Below, piece by piece: positions 17,818-43,347 of a stretch of DNA of 64,000 nucleotides (position 1 is its first letter; each line of letters opens with the position of its first letter). The translations under genes and the position numbers were made by a program. Under the pieces are notes generated by a model. That model worked only from the letters and a program-made list of their open reading frames with translations, was not told where the DNA came from and did not search any database. Source of the stretch: Blastocystis sp. Blastoise. Its lineage: Eukaryota; Protista; Bigyra: Opalinata. The stretch lies in the NCBI GenBank assembly GCA_039096225.1, contig JBBPEB010000029.1, forward strand, positions 682,001 to 746,000, read 5' to 3'.

Positions 17818-19197
17818 TTAAAAACCAATGCTTTTGACAAGATCGATTAAGGATAAAACTGTGCACGTGACCATAATAACGGAAAAGATACAAATAAATA
17901 TATAATTAAACACTTTTTCCCAAGTAGTGACTTTCAGTTTGGATTTCTTAATATAAGTGAGATATAAGATAGCAGGGAGTATTTGACCTGCAAGAGTAGA
18001 GGTGAATGATCCAATGAAGTTAAGAATGACTCCAAAATAAGGAACAAGAATAGAGACGATAGTAATACAAAGAACTTGAATATAACGAGAGAGATAGCGT
18101 TTATTTCCTTGAATGAAGAATCTTTTAGGATCTGAAGCAGGCATGCTATATTCAGTGATTTCATAGATCCCAAGAAGAAGGAGAGGGTAATTACCTCCGC
18201 ATGTAATAACCATGAGAATGGACACAATAATGGACTCTGCAGATCCTGATTTTAAGTTGAGAAGAACGTTATCTTTAAGACCTTCAGGATCTTGTTTGAA
18301 CATAAGCATAAGGACCGTGCAAACAACAACATACATAATCGTAATAAGTGTTAAACTGACAGCAGTAGCAGTATTAACATTTTTCTTGCTTGTTGGTTTC
18401 ATATCATTATAGAGAGGATAGATAACAAAGCAGAAGCAGAGTGTATAGAGTAAGGTGCCCATGTTACTGATCATAGCGCTGAAGGAGGTGGGCCAAAGAG
18501 GGAGATCGGAAGAGAGACCATAGTCAATACCACCTCGAATGAGAAGAATAACAAAAGAGATGAAGAGAGTAAGAAGACCAAAGGAAGAAATAACAGAGAG
18601 TTGTTTGGTATTATTAAGACTGACAAAGAAAAACATAATAAACATGAGAATAATCGAAATAGTGATACGAAGAGAGGTTTCACTGGCATGAATACCCATG
18701 GATTCCCACGGTAAATTCTGAAGTAGATTGGTCATAATAATCATAGTACCAACATTAATACCCCAAAGAGTGATTAATATACAGAAAAGAATTAAATAAT
18801 AACCACCATTTCCTAATAAATTAAATGTGATCTTAACGTATTCACTATTAGAACGAAGGTTGCTATATGAATGGACTTTGCTTGTGTCAAAACATGTCTT
18901 CAGTCTAATAAGAATTTCAGATCCATGATAATAAGAATAAGCAAAAATAATATAAAGTATAACTCCAGGAATAATACCACAAGCTTGCATAGCATAAGGA
19001 ACAGCGAGAGCACCATTACCAGCACACATTTTCATAATATTAATAGAATATTGAATAGCAGAAATTCCACTTTTTTCATCTGCCTTTGATGTAGTGTCTT
19101 TGCGAGGTGACTTATCATCAGTGTAAGGACTGACATCATTGATGAAACTTTGACTAGTCTTCTGTTCAATATCTTCAGCGTTTAAAGAAACTTTCAT
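17818..19197 (-). CDS. Amino acid transporter (Aa_trans, SLC36/38-like), intronless
   Basis: 459-aa ORF with ~11 hydrophobic segments; motifs AGNGALAVPYAM..G, NYPL and VPYFG..GSF. Confidence 0.9.
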   Translation of the reverse strand: MKVSLNAEDIEQKTSQSFINDVSPYTDDKSPRKDTTSKADEKSGISAIQYSINIMKMCAGNGALAVPYAMQACGIIPGVILYIIFAYSYYHGSEILIRLKTCFDTSKVHSYSNLRSNSEYVKITFNLLGNGGYYLILFCILITLWGINVGTMIIMTNLLQNLPWESMGIHASETSLRITISIILMFIMFFFVSLNNTKQLSVISSFGLLTLFISFVILLIRGGIDYGLSSDLPLWPTSFSAMISNMGTLLYTLCFCFVIYPLYNDMKPTSKKNVNTATAVSLTLITIMYVVVCTVLMLMFKQDPEGLKDNVLLNLKSGSAESIIVSILMVITCGGNYPLLLLGIYEITEYSMPASDPKRFFIQGNKRYLSRYIQVLCITIVSILVPYFGVILNFIGSFTSTLAGQILPAILYLTYIKKSKLKVTTWEKVFNYIFICIFSVIMVTCTVLSLIDLVKSIGF

Positions 19198-19945
19198 TTT
19201 TAATAACTTAAAATCAGTTAAATTAATGATTATTTATTTGCCTTCTTTTTCTTAAAACCAGAATTTTTTATTTGCTTTTTCTTGGGTTTCTCCTTCTCGT
19301 TATTGATATCGGTAAATAATCACGACTTTTTGTGATCTCATAACGCAATTTTCATTTATTCATTTCTTTTTATTAAAAAAAATTAATTCAGAATCCAATC
19401 AAATCGAAAAGAGAAACTATTTCGACAACTATTTCCATTCATTTTAATTTTTTCTTTATCATTCATTATAGCCATTGATATCTTTTGTTCACTATTATGA
19501 GTTATTTTATTATATATTAACACATATATATTTATATATCTGTGAAATAATATAATCTATACAGCAATAAAAAAGTGTTGTAAAAAAAATTTGTCAATAT
19601 GTGTCTTTTCTTTTTTTCAAATAAGTTCTCATTGAACAGGTCACATCTCAAATATGAGAATGATACAATCAAAACAAAAACATTTTTTTTTTCTATGTTT
19701 TTCGAAATTATTTAATTAGTCTTTTAGAATGGCGTGGTAATTTTAGAAAAATATTTCTTATAAACGCTATAGTTGATAAAACTATTAAAAAAGAAAGAAA
19801 TAGGGATATTCTTAGTATATAAAAGAATTGTATAAATCCGTTGTTACTACTTTTATAATATTTTTCTTGATACAAATAAAAATTAGAGACAATAGGAAAA
19901 ATTTAAAGAAAAAATTATAATATAAAAAGAGGAAAAATTTAAAAA

Positions 19946-32026
<12,081 letters not shown>

Positions 32027-32500
32027 TTTAACGTATAGGAACAATCAAATAAAATGTTACTCTGAGCAAATTGAAAAGATAACAATGAATTATCAATTCA
32101 GATTTCGTTTTATTATTATATATTCGATGTATAATACAGATGCCTTCTATATTATATAAAAATATACAAATATAAATGAATGATAATTAAAAAAGAAAAA
32201 TTTCTTTATGGAGGGAAAAATGAAATTTTTCTTTTGTTTTTATTTTTCACAAGTTTTCCATACATATGTAATCTATGTAGGTATAAATGCTTCAATAGAT
32301 AATAAATGAATGATACGAATTGTTTCTATAACAAAACAAATAAATATGTATGGGACAGATTGCACATTAGTGTATATTAAGCACGCAGAATAAAAATAAT
32401 TTGCAAATAAATATAATGAATAGTAATACAGAGAGTAAAACTGTTATTAAAAAAAAAAAACAAATAAGACGAAGAAAAGCAAAAGCCCTAAAAACTATAT

Positions 32501-33227
32501 TTAGGCATGGTTTTCAGTCCAACGACAATGGAAGAATTTATCTCTAGGTTGATCAACTCTTTCAAAGGTATGTCCACCGAAATAATCACGTTGAGACTAT
32601 ACAGTAAATATAAGTAAATAAATAGAATAATAAAAATAAAGTCAAATAAAATAAAAATAAATATATATATATACTTGAATAAGGTTAGCAGGTAATTTTT
32701 GTCTTCTAGAAGTATCAAAATAAGCAAGAGATTCCGCGAAAGCAGGACAAGTGATACCTGAAGCAATAGAAAGAGTAACAATACGTCTCCATCCACTTTG
32801 ATTCTTAATAAGAGCATCTCTGAATAAAGGAGCGAATATAATAGAAGATAATTTAGGATCAGCTTCAAAAGCATTACGTATATCATCTAAGAATTTAGCT
32901 TGAATAATACAACCACCTTCCCAAATTCTAGCACATTCAGCAAGATTAATACCCCAACCAAATTCTTCAGAAGCTTTTTTAATTAAATTCATACCCTATA
33001 TAATAATAAGTTAAGTTAAATAAAATAAAAATTTAAAATAATAATAATAATAATTATATACTTGAGCATAAGAGCAGATCTTAGAGCAATATAAAGCAGA
33101 TTTGACATCAGCAACAAGTTGATCACGTTGAATTTTAGACCAATCAAATTTAGGACCAGCAAATACTTTAGCAGCTATATAGAATATTAATATAGAAATA
33201 TTAATACATAATATATAATATTAATAC

Positions 33228-33262
<35 letters not shown>

Positions 33263-34608
33263 CACTCATTCTGAAGTCTTTATCAGCAGCAATAAAACGT
33301 TGATAGAGAGAAGTAGCAATAGTAGGAGTAGCAATAGACTTCTCAGTAGATTCCTTAACAGTCATCTTACCAGTCCCCAAAATAATATATAATATATATA
33401 TATTAACAATAATAATAAAAGATACATAGTGAGTACTATATATATATATATATACCCTTGTTACCGGTAGCATCAAGTACTTTATCTACTAAATAACCTT
33501 CTTGGGGGGCAAGACCTTCAATATCACAATCCTTCTTTCTAAGAATATCAATAGTAATACTAATAAGATAGCTCTTAAGTTCAGTAGCATTCCATTCTTC
33601 AAATACTTTAGCCATTTCTTCATTAGTTAAACCAGCATTCTTAAGAATATCATAAGCTTCAGCAATAATCTGCATATCACCATATCTATATATATTGATA
33701 TAGTAGAATCGATGTTTATATTTATATACGAATAATAATAAATAGTATAATATTATATAATCCATATTCAATACCATTATGAACCATCTTTACATAATTA
33801 CCTGAACCTTGAGCACCAATATAAGTAACACAAGGACCTTCTTCTACTTATACATATAATAATAAATATAATAATAAATATAATAAATAATAAATAATAA
33901 TAAATAATAATAAATATAATAATAATAAATATAAATGTAATAATAATAATAAATAATAAATAATAATAACAATAATATAATAATAATAAATAATAATAAT
34001 AAATAATCTTCTACTTGAGCAGCAATTTTGGTAAGAATAGGTTCAATAGCATCGAATGCTTCTCTGGGGCCACCAGGCATGAGAGAGGGACCATGACGAG
34101 CACCGCTTTCACCACCACTAATGCCCATACCAATATATAATATACCCTTAGGTTCTAATTCTTTAGAACGACGAATAGTCTCTTCGTACCATTCATTACC
34201 ACCATCAATCAAAATATCACCAGGTTCTAAATATTCAGTGAACTTTTGAATGGCTTTATCAACGGGAGCACCAGCCTTTAATAGCATAATAATACGACGA
34301 GGTTTCTTTAATCCATGAACAAATTCTTCAGGCTAGAAATAAGAAATAATTGAATAGAAACAACAAATTGTTCATAAAATAAACTTTAATAAAACAAAAG
34401 AACTAAGTAGAATAATGAATATAAAACATACATCTTTAAAGCCAGTAACTTTTTCACCAATTTCTTCTCTGTCAGCTCTTTCTACACATTCATCAACCTT
34501 TTCAGCAGATCTGTTACAAACAGCTACTTGAAATCCTTTAGAAGCAATGTTAAGAGCTAAGTTTTGGCCCATAACAGCTAAACCAAATACACCGATATCA
34601 CAAGACAT
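32501..34608 (-). CDS. PGD: 6-phosphogluconate dehydrogenase, decarboxylating
   Basis: [53 protein letters not shown] and [12 protein letters not shown]. Seven introns, four with non-canonical ends. Confidence 0.95.
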
Positions 34609-35300
34609 TATTATTTTTTATGAATTAGAATTAAAATTTTATAAACTTCAAATTATTTATACAAAAATAATCTTAGAAACAAAAGAAGAAGAATTTGGAA
34701 ACAAAAGATTTCGTTTATTCTGTCAACAGATGCTTACATATAGAAGAACTATGGATTTTTCTGTTTCCCCGTGATTCTTCTCAGATCTTCTGGGAATTTT
34801 TCATTTTCTACTATTCTTAAAAATAAAACAACCTTTTGAATATATTTGTTTCCACATGATATGTCAGGCTGTATTCTTTTTGCTTTTTATTTGATGGCAA
34901 CAATTTAAATTCATATACTAACGAATTATTAAGAAACATTATTTAGTGTTTTTCAGAAGTTTGAGTGAATTGTTGCGTTCAATGTGATTTTTTTCCATCA
35001 AGAAATCATATTCTCTATAATCAATTATACATGATGATGTTTGAGTAGTTTGTTTACATGTAAGATAATAGGGAAATCATTTTTATTTTGTATATTAATT
35101 CATTATAAATTTTCTTTGTGAGTTTCTAAAAATTTGAATAGTTCATGCTGAGAATTGAGATTTATATAGAGCTAAATTTGAATATTATTAAAAAATGAAA
35201 TAAAAAAAAAGAAAAGAATCAACAAAACAAACATAATATTTTGATATAATAGCATCGTAATAATAATGTAAACAGAGTATAAGATTGAAAGACACCAGTT

Positions 35301-35986
35301 TTACTTGGTAACAATTTGAGCAGGCATTTCATCGAGATTAGTAAGGAATCTGTTTTGAATTTCGGTTAAAACTTTTTTATCATCTTCACTAGCGATAAAA
35401 GAGATAGAATAACCCTTTGTTCCAAATCTACCAGCACGACCAACCTATAAAATAGTGTTTATAATAATAATAATAATAATAATATAATTAAAAAAAATAT
35501 ATGTATATAATAAAAATATACTCTATGAAGATAAGCATCTGAAGAAGCGGGGAAATCGAAATTGATGACACAATTGATCTTTTCGATATCAATACCTCTT
35601 CCAAATAAATCTGTAGTAATTAAAATAGGTTTCTTATTGTTCTTATAGGCCTTGAATTTCTTGAATCTTTCTTGTTGTGACATTTTACTGACAATACAGA
35701 GAGAAGGGAAATAAGAAGCAGCAAGAACCTTATTAAGCACACGAGCTCTGTCGTTGGAATTCACATAAATAACAACTTGGTTAAAATCATTTGTATCCAA
35801 GATAGAGGTCAATTTACGAATCTTTTCTTTCTATATAGAAGCATTCTTAGTAAAGTATACTTATTAATATTATAATGAGATTATCATTAATAGGATTATT
35901 CTATATACTTCAGTAAGATTGCAGACATATTGACTAAGACCGTGAAGAACTAATTTATCATCAGCAGGCTCAATAACCAAAGGCTA

Positions 35987-36083
<97 letters not shown>

Positions 36084-37113
36084 TATTTATATACATTCTT
36101 AAGGAATTTTAAGCAAACGGGGCGAATATCCGCGGGAATAGTGGCTGAACAAAGGAATACTTGTTTATCACGAGGGCATTTAATGAATACATTTTGAACC
36201 GATTGACGAGTCTTCATATTAGTAAGCATAACATCACATTCATCAAGAATAAAGTGTTTGATATGAGAGACATCGAGATGTTTCTCTCTAACTAATTCCT
36301 CAATACGACCGGGTGTACCTACTACTATAGTAGGCTTCTTCTTTAACAGAGCTATATCGTGCTTTACAGGTAAACCTATAGGATATTTATACAGTTTATA
36401 TTTATATAACTATAGTAGGTATAATAATAAATAAATATAAATATAATAAATAAAAATATTAAATAAATATAAATATAATAAATAAAAATAATAAATAATA
36501 TAAATATAATAAATAATAAATAAAAATAATAAATAAAATAATAACAATAATAAATAAAATAATAACAATAAAAAAGCATACCTCCAAATACACTAGCAAT
36601 ACGAATAGAAGGTAAGTATTTAGCAAAACGTTCATATTCTTTAGAAATCTGGAAAGCCATTTCATGAGAATTACAGAACACAAGAGTACTAATTTCACCT
36701 TCAACGGGAACAATAGTATTTAAGGTAGATAAAACGAAAATAGCAGTCTTTCCCATACCAGACTTAGCTTGACATAAAATATCAGATCCAGCAAGACAGG
36801 GAGCAAGGCATTGTTGTTGAACTAAAGAAAAAATAATAAGAAAAGTTAAAAATAATGATCTTAATGATTTAGAAAATAACTCATATATTCAAGAACTGAA
36901 TCAAAACTATAAAATACTTTCAGAAGGATGTTCAAAACCACATTCAGCAATAGCTTTGTTGATTTCATCTTTTAACATGAAGTCCTTGAAGGCAGTACTG
37001 TCTACACCAACATAAGTATCTGGCTTTACAGAAACATCGATTTCCTTAGCAGCTTGGTTGTCCTGAGCTTCTTCATTCTCATAATCAACTAAAACTTCGT
37101 CTTTAGCACTCAT
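35301..37113 (-). CDS. UAP56: DECD-box RNA helicase UAP56/Sub2/DDX39
   Basis: [30 protein letters not shown] and [15 protein letters not shown]. Five GT-AG introns. Confidence 0.92.
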
Positions 37114-37492
37114 TATCTCTTTTACTGTACAATATAACTAAAAATAAATAATTCATATTCCAGAAAACGTTATTTTCCTAAACACTAGCCAGATTAAGTG
37201 ATAAACCACGGGACATACGACTCACATCGGGATTCTAGTAATTCTCAGGCAACTTTTTCAAAAAATTTCAAATTTAATTGGCTGTTTCCAAGTGAATCAG
37301 ATGCTATAGTAAGACAAATGTTTCAGTGATTATCAGCATTTTTCAGAGAGAATAAAAAACAGAAGTAGATATTTACAATTATTTTCATTTTTAAAGTGTT
37401 TCAAGATACGTCTTTCATGATTTCGAATAATTAATTATATTTTTTGTTATTCTTAGGTTTATTCACAACTATATAAGTTATAGTGCTAGAAT

Positions 37493-38545
37493 ATGAATAA
37501 AACATCAATAAATCCAAAGAGTTCCGTTGTTATCGAAGAAATTCATGACGATGAAGAAGAAAAACACAGTTCTCCAGCTGATAAAACCGATAAAAAGGAA
37601 GAAAATGATTTAGAACCGAAACAAGTGATCTGGGAATGGCCTTCAGTAAAAGTAGATATATGTGAATCACTTGTTACTGTAGAACAATTGCAGTATGTTG
37701 TGAATTTGACTATTGAGAAGAGTCAGAATTTCTATTATACTGTTAGTTTATTCGATAGTAAATATATAATATGTATATAAGATAAGATTTCTTTAGAAAC
37801 GAAAAAACAATTAGAAAAAATCACAATTGAACAATATGAATGTAATTCTTTGAAGGAATCTCACTTAAATATATCCTTTAATTCATTAATAAATTCATTA
37901 TTAGCCACATTTCATTTTCTTAATATATATACTATGGTCCTTTTGAGTTTTACCACGGGGAAGAGTTGACTTATATTGTTCACGGCATTGCTCCTGATGG
38001 TCAGAAGAAGATTCTCTGTATAGGAAAGAAGAAGATGTGTGCTGCTGCTCCTACTACTTCCACATGTATATGCATGCAAGCAACAAGATCCTTTTTTAAA
38101 GTATATTTATATATGAATATACTCTGTTTATTATTTATATTTATATTGTTTATTGTTTATATTTATATTGTTTATTGTTTATATATATATATTGTTTATT
38201 GTTTATATATGAATATATTCTGTTTATTATTTATATATGAGTATATTCTGTTTATTGTTTATATATGTATGAATATATTCTGTTTATTGTTTATATATAT
38301 ATATATATTTTCTTTTTATTATTTATATATATATATTCTGCTTCTTATATATATTTTCTCTTCTTAGATTCGATGGTCAAAACCAAAAGATAATGGTAGT
38401 CCCATTACTGGATATTCTCTCTATATGACAACCTGTGCGTCATATACAAGATATAATGAATTAGACGCTTTAGAATATATATGTATTGCTGACCATGTGA
38501 AAGCTAGTTTCATACAAGTATATACACAGATCTATTTATTATATG

Positions 38546-38581
<36 letters not shown>

Positions 38582-38768
38582 TCCTCAAATAGAACCAGGG
38601 AAATATTATGGATTTTATGTTATTGCTACAAATAAAATAGGTATTTATGTTTATTATTATTATTATTTATATATCTATGTATATTATTATATATATAATA
38701 ATAATAATTATTATTAATATATATAGGTTCCACAAAAGGTCCTTATTCTTGTTTCAGAGCACAATCCA

Positions 38769-38846
<78 letters not shown>

Positions 38847-39260
38847 TATATATATATATCATTGTAGATTCCAGCGAGTCCCTCTTTCCTTCCCGCCACA
38901 GAGTGTACAGATACCTCCATTACCCTCTCTTGGACCCCCTTAACCCTCGAGGAAACTACAGGACTTCCTGTAGATACTTACATATTACAGGTATATACAT
39001 ATATAATACATATATAATACATATATATTATATATACACTATATTCATATATAGATGAATGATGGAACTAATGGATTCTGGAATGTTTATGCTGATAAAA
39101 ATACAACGTATATTATTCTATATATGTTATATTTGACTCTCTCTCTCTCTATATATATAGAGCTATCGTACCTCGTCTTCTTCCTCTTCATGATTATATA
39201 TTCCGATTGGCCGCCAAAACAAGCGAGGGACAAAGTGCATATGGACCTCAAATCACTATC

Positions 39261-39298
<38 letters not shown>

Positions 39299-39425
39299 TA
39301 CAAAACAATGTGCATGTCCCCCTCCTAATCTTATTCAATCCCTCACTATTACTCCTTATTCTCTGAATCTCTATTGGTCAGTTTACAAAGAGTTCCAATC
39401 ATTTGCAGACTCGTACGAATTAGAA

Positions 39426-39463
<38 letters not shown>

Positions 39464-42400
39464 TGTTGACTTTATATATATAGTATTCATCACATTCATC
39501 ACAACCAGTTATTCTTTCTCTGACAAACCCATCTGTCACTATCACGAATTTGATTCCTGCTACACGTTACATTATTCGTGTTCGAATCCATTCTCCCGCG
39601 GGATGGGGATCCTATAGTTCGTCATTCACATTCGTCACTCTCTCAACCGTTCCTGATGCACCCTGCGTATTGAACAGTCCACCTGATAATACACGTGCTA
39701 CAACTGTATCATCTACCTCTATAGAACTCTTTTGGAAAGATCAAGAAAACCACGGGGAACCCATTACAGATTATATTATTGAAGGATGTCAAGTATGTCG
39801 TCATGAATCTACTGATAAATGTACGGATGAGGGATATAAATGTACAGAATGTAATTTATTTGAACATAAGGAATACTATTCTTATGAGGAACCCAATAAA
39901 CCGACTCTAACTCTACAACCCGGAATGTCTTGCTATGTATATATATATATATATATATATCCTTCTATATATATATATATATATATATACTCCATTTAGT
40001 ATATACACGATGATACTACTGAAGAATGCGTCATTCATGGTATAGAGAATACTATTTATAAGATCCTCATTGAGGGACAACTATCCTTCCTATATGTTGA
40101 AGGCGCGCAACTTAAACCATTTGGCGGGAATCCTTATGGAACTGTATATTCTAACTCTATTTATAAATATATTCTTTGAATCTTATTCTTCTCTTATTTA
40201 ACTTCGATATCTATTATATATTCTTCATAATATATGACTATTGCTTTCTTCGTAATATATAATATTATTTCCTCTATATATATATATATCTTCTCCTCTT
40301 CTTATTATATTTTATTTATATAGATCCGTTCACTTCTAAAGAACATTCCCTCAAAAGACCCTCTCCAATCCCCCACAATCAATATTATTCATAGTGCATG
40401 TAGTTCCCGGGACTATACTAAAAAGGCGGGATCTCATTATATTCCTCTTCCACTCCTTAAACGAAAGGATTGTTCTCAAGGAACTAATGGAATATTATCG
40501 TTTACTGTATATATAGTATTATTATACTTATTATTATAATCATTATTTTAAAAATAATAATAATAGTATTATACTGTTAAATATTACTATAATATTAAAA
40601 TAATAATTTTACAACAAACACAATCTATTCATTCTCTTAATACTCTATTTCGCTATTATTATCCTACTATATATCTATAGATATCACAACTTCTTCCAAA
40701 CACTTCTTATCTATTTCGTATGCGATCTGTGAATTCCCGCGGTTCTTCAAGTTACAGTTATTTTTCTCCTTTCTGTACATCTCCCTCTCTTCCTCCTGCT
40801 CCTCCTGTTCCTGTTCTTCTCAGTTCTACTTCTCATTCCCTCACATTCTCTCTCTCTCTTCCTTCTTCTTATCTCTATAGAGGAGCCTCTATTGTATCTT
40901 ATATACTTGAAGTAGATAGTCACTGGAATGGTCTCTATGATATTTCTATTTCATCCTCTTCTCCTACTCTTACTATGGATAACCTTCATAATGGATGTTC
41001 ATACCGATGTCGATCTCTTCTTCTTACAAATCAAGGATATACACCTTATAGTAATATCCAATGCTTCTCTACTTCTCCTTCTACTCCAGATGCACCTATA
41101 TCTATCCATAGAATTCCTTTAGAACAATATATTAATCCTTTAACAAACTATCATCTCTCCTGGATAGCTCCTATTAATGATGGCGGATCTCCAATTCTTG
41201 GATATATACTTCAACTTAATACACCTTCTCAAGGACAGAAAACATTCACTACTGTCTATAAAGGATTTGACACGAATTATCTCCTCTTCTCTCTCTCTCC
41301 AGGAATTACCTATCGCGCTAGAGTACAAGCTTATAATGCTATAGGTACCAGTATATCGTCTTCTGTCTTCTCTTTCTCTACCTCTAGTAGTATTCCTTCT
41401 ACTCCTGCCATACCTTCTCTAACAAAACATACTACTTCTTCTTCTATATATATACAATGGATAGAACCTGATAATAATGGACAAATTATTGATTCTTATG
41501 AATTATGTGTTAATCCAGGAAATAAAATCATTTTTATTCCTAGTTCTCAAGTTACATATACTATCAATAAATTACGACCTAAAACTGAATATAAAGTTAC
41601 ACTTCGTGCTCATAACGATAAAGGATATTCAGAATGGAGTGACGCACTCTGTGTCATGACTGATGAACAATCAGTATTAGTTCCTTATATGAATAGTGCT
41701 CCTACTGTAACAGTAGATCCTAATGATAATGATTCGATGAAAGTCACGTGGAAAGAAGCTGATGGAAGAGGAGCTGATGTTCTTTTGTATATATATATTA
41801 TAGATAACTGTTTATTTTTTATTATATATATTATAGATAACATTTTATTATATATATTATAGAAAACTATTAATTATATATATTATAGATAACTTTTTAT
41901 TATATATATTATAGATAACTATTAATTATATATTATAGAAAACTATTAATTATATATTATATGTTTATTTTTTTCCTTCTTCTATAAGTGATTATTTCTG
42001 TATAGATATGAGTTATATATGCGTTCTACAGGTAGTATTCCTGAATGTATATATCAAGGAATAGATAAGGAAGTAACTGTATCTAAAGATAAAGATATCT
42101 ATGAATATGAATTTATGGTTCGAGCTAAAAATATATCTTTTATTTCTTTATAGTATTATAACATATAGAGAATTATTGTTTTATTCTTATATACCATATA
42201 TATATACATTAATATATATATGTAGTCTTAATAAATATACATTGCAGGGTTTTCTTCATTCTCTCCTTCTATAATATATACTTTCGAGATTCCTCCAGAA
42301 GTGATTGAAGTATAATATCAATTATATATTATTACTCAAATTATTTTCTTTATTATCACTGCCAATTTCTCTGATATCTTAATAATATATCTTATAACTA

Positions 42401-42638
42401 TATATATCATTTCACTTTTGTGTAGGTTCGTAAGCCAAAGAAGCAGAAGAAGCGTTCTGATGTTTATGTAGATACAGATGCCGCCAAACGTGCTGGCGCG
42501 CTTACGACGAAGAAGAATAAGTGGAAGTATTATATGAATGCTGTCAAGAAATATACGATTTATATTTCATTACTTCTTCTTATTCTCTTTATATGTTGGC
42601 TTATGCTCACAGATCCTCATCAGAAACGTCGATTCTAA
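37493..42638 (+). CDS. Multi-fibronectin type III protein with C-terminal transmembrane anchor (FNDC3-like)
   Basis: Repeated W..P.D.GSPI..Y and Y..RVRA.N..G.S.S motifs. C-terminal hydrophobic segment IYISLLLLILFICWLML. About 15 introns, including two U12 AT-AC. Confidence 0.85.
37871..37932 (+). other. U12-type AT-AC intron (FN3 gene)
   Basis: 5' ATATCCTTT, branch TTTCTTAAT, 3' ATAC. Removal restores the frame HLN|YGPF. Confidence 0.85.
42133..42240 (+). other. U12-type AT-AC intron (FN3 gene)
   Basis: 5' ATATCTTTT, branch GTCTTAAT, 3' ATAC. Removal restores the FN3 motif VRAKN|IAGFS. Confidence 0.85.
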
Positions 42639-43347
42639 ATATATTATTTATAAATCATCTAAATTTGTATAATTTATTTTGTAGAACCTATTGTGAATGA
42701 TATTTCGAAATGATCTTAATTCTTGTTTTCTATAGCACTCTTTTCATTATTATTATTGTTTATTTATTGCTTTTTAAAAATTGTTTATTAAGTTTGCAGA
42801 AAATGTATATAGTTATTTATATATATAATAAATATTAGCGAGTAATACAAACAAAGTAGATATTTTACAATTGATCAAAGTGTAAATAAGTATTTGATTT
42901 TTACAGAAAACTTGTATTTTATAGCTTTTTTAATATCTATCATTTTAAAAGAGTTTAAAATATCTATTAGTTCATTTTAATTAGTGTTTTATAGAATATT
43001 TCCTTGTAACATTCCAAAACATTTCGTAATAAAATGCAGTTTAGTCGCTATTTCAAAAATATAAATTACAAAAAATATTTTCTGATCATTAGAGACTTAA
43101 AACTCACTCATTAATCATTCGATTATAATAATAAAGAGATCCCTTTTCTTATATAATGAAACAAGTCATTTTTCATGTTCATTATATAATATTATATATG
43201 AATCATTATATTATTTCGTTATAGAATACATAAGTCACACTTTAAGAAAGAAAATATAATTAATATAATAATCATAAAAAAAACGTATCATAAACTTAAA
43301 ATGGAAATAAAACCATGTTAATTAAGAATTATAATTAAAGTATCAAT

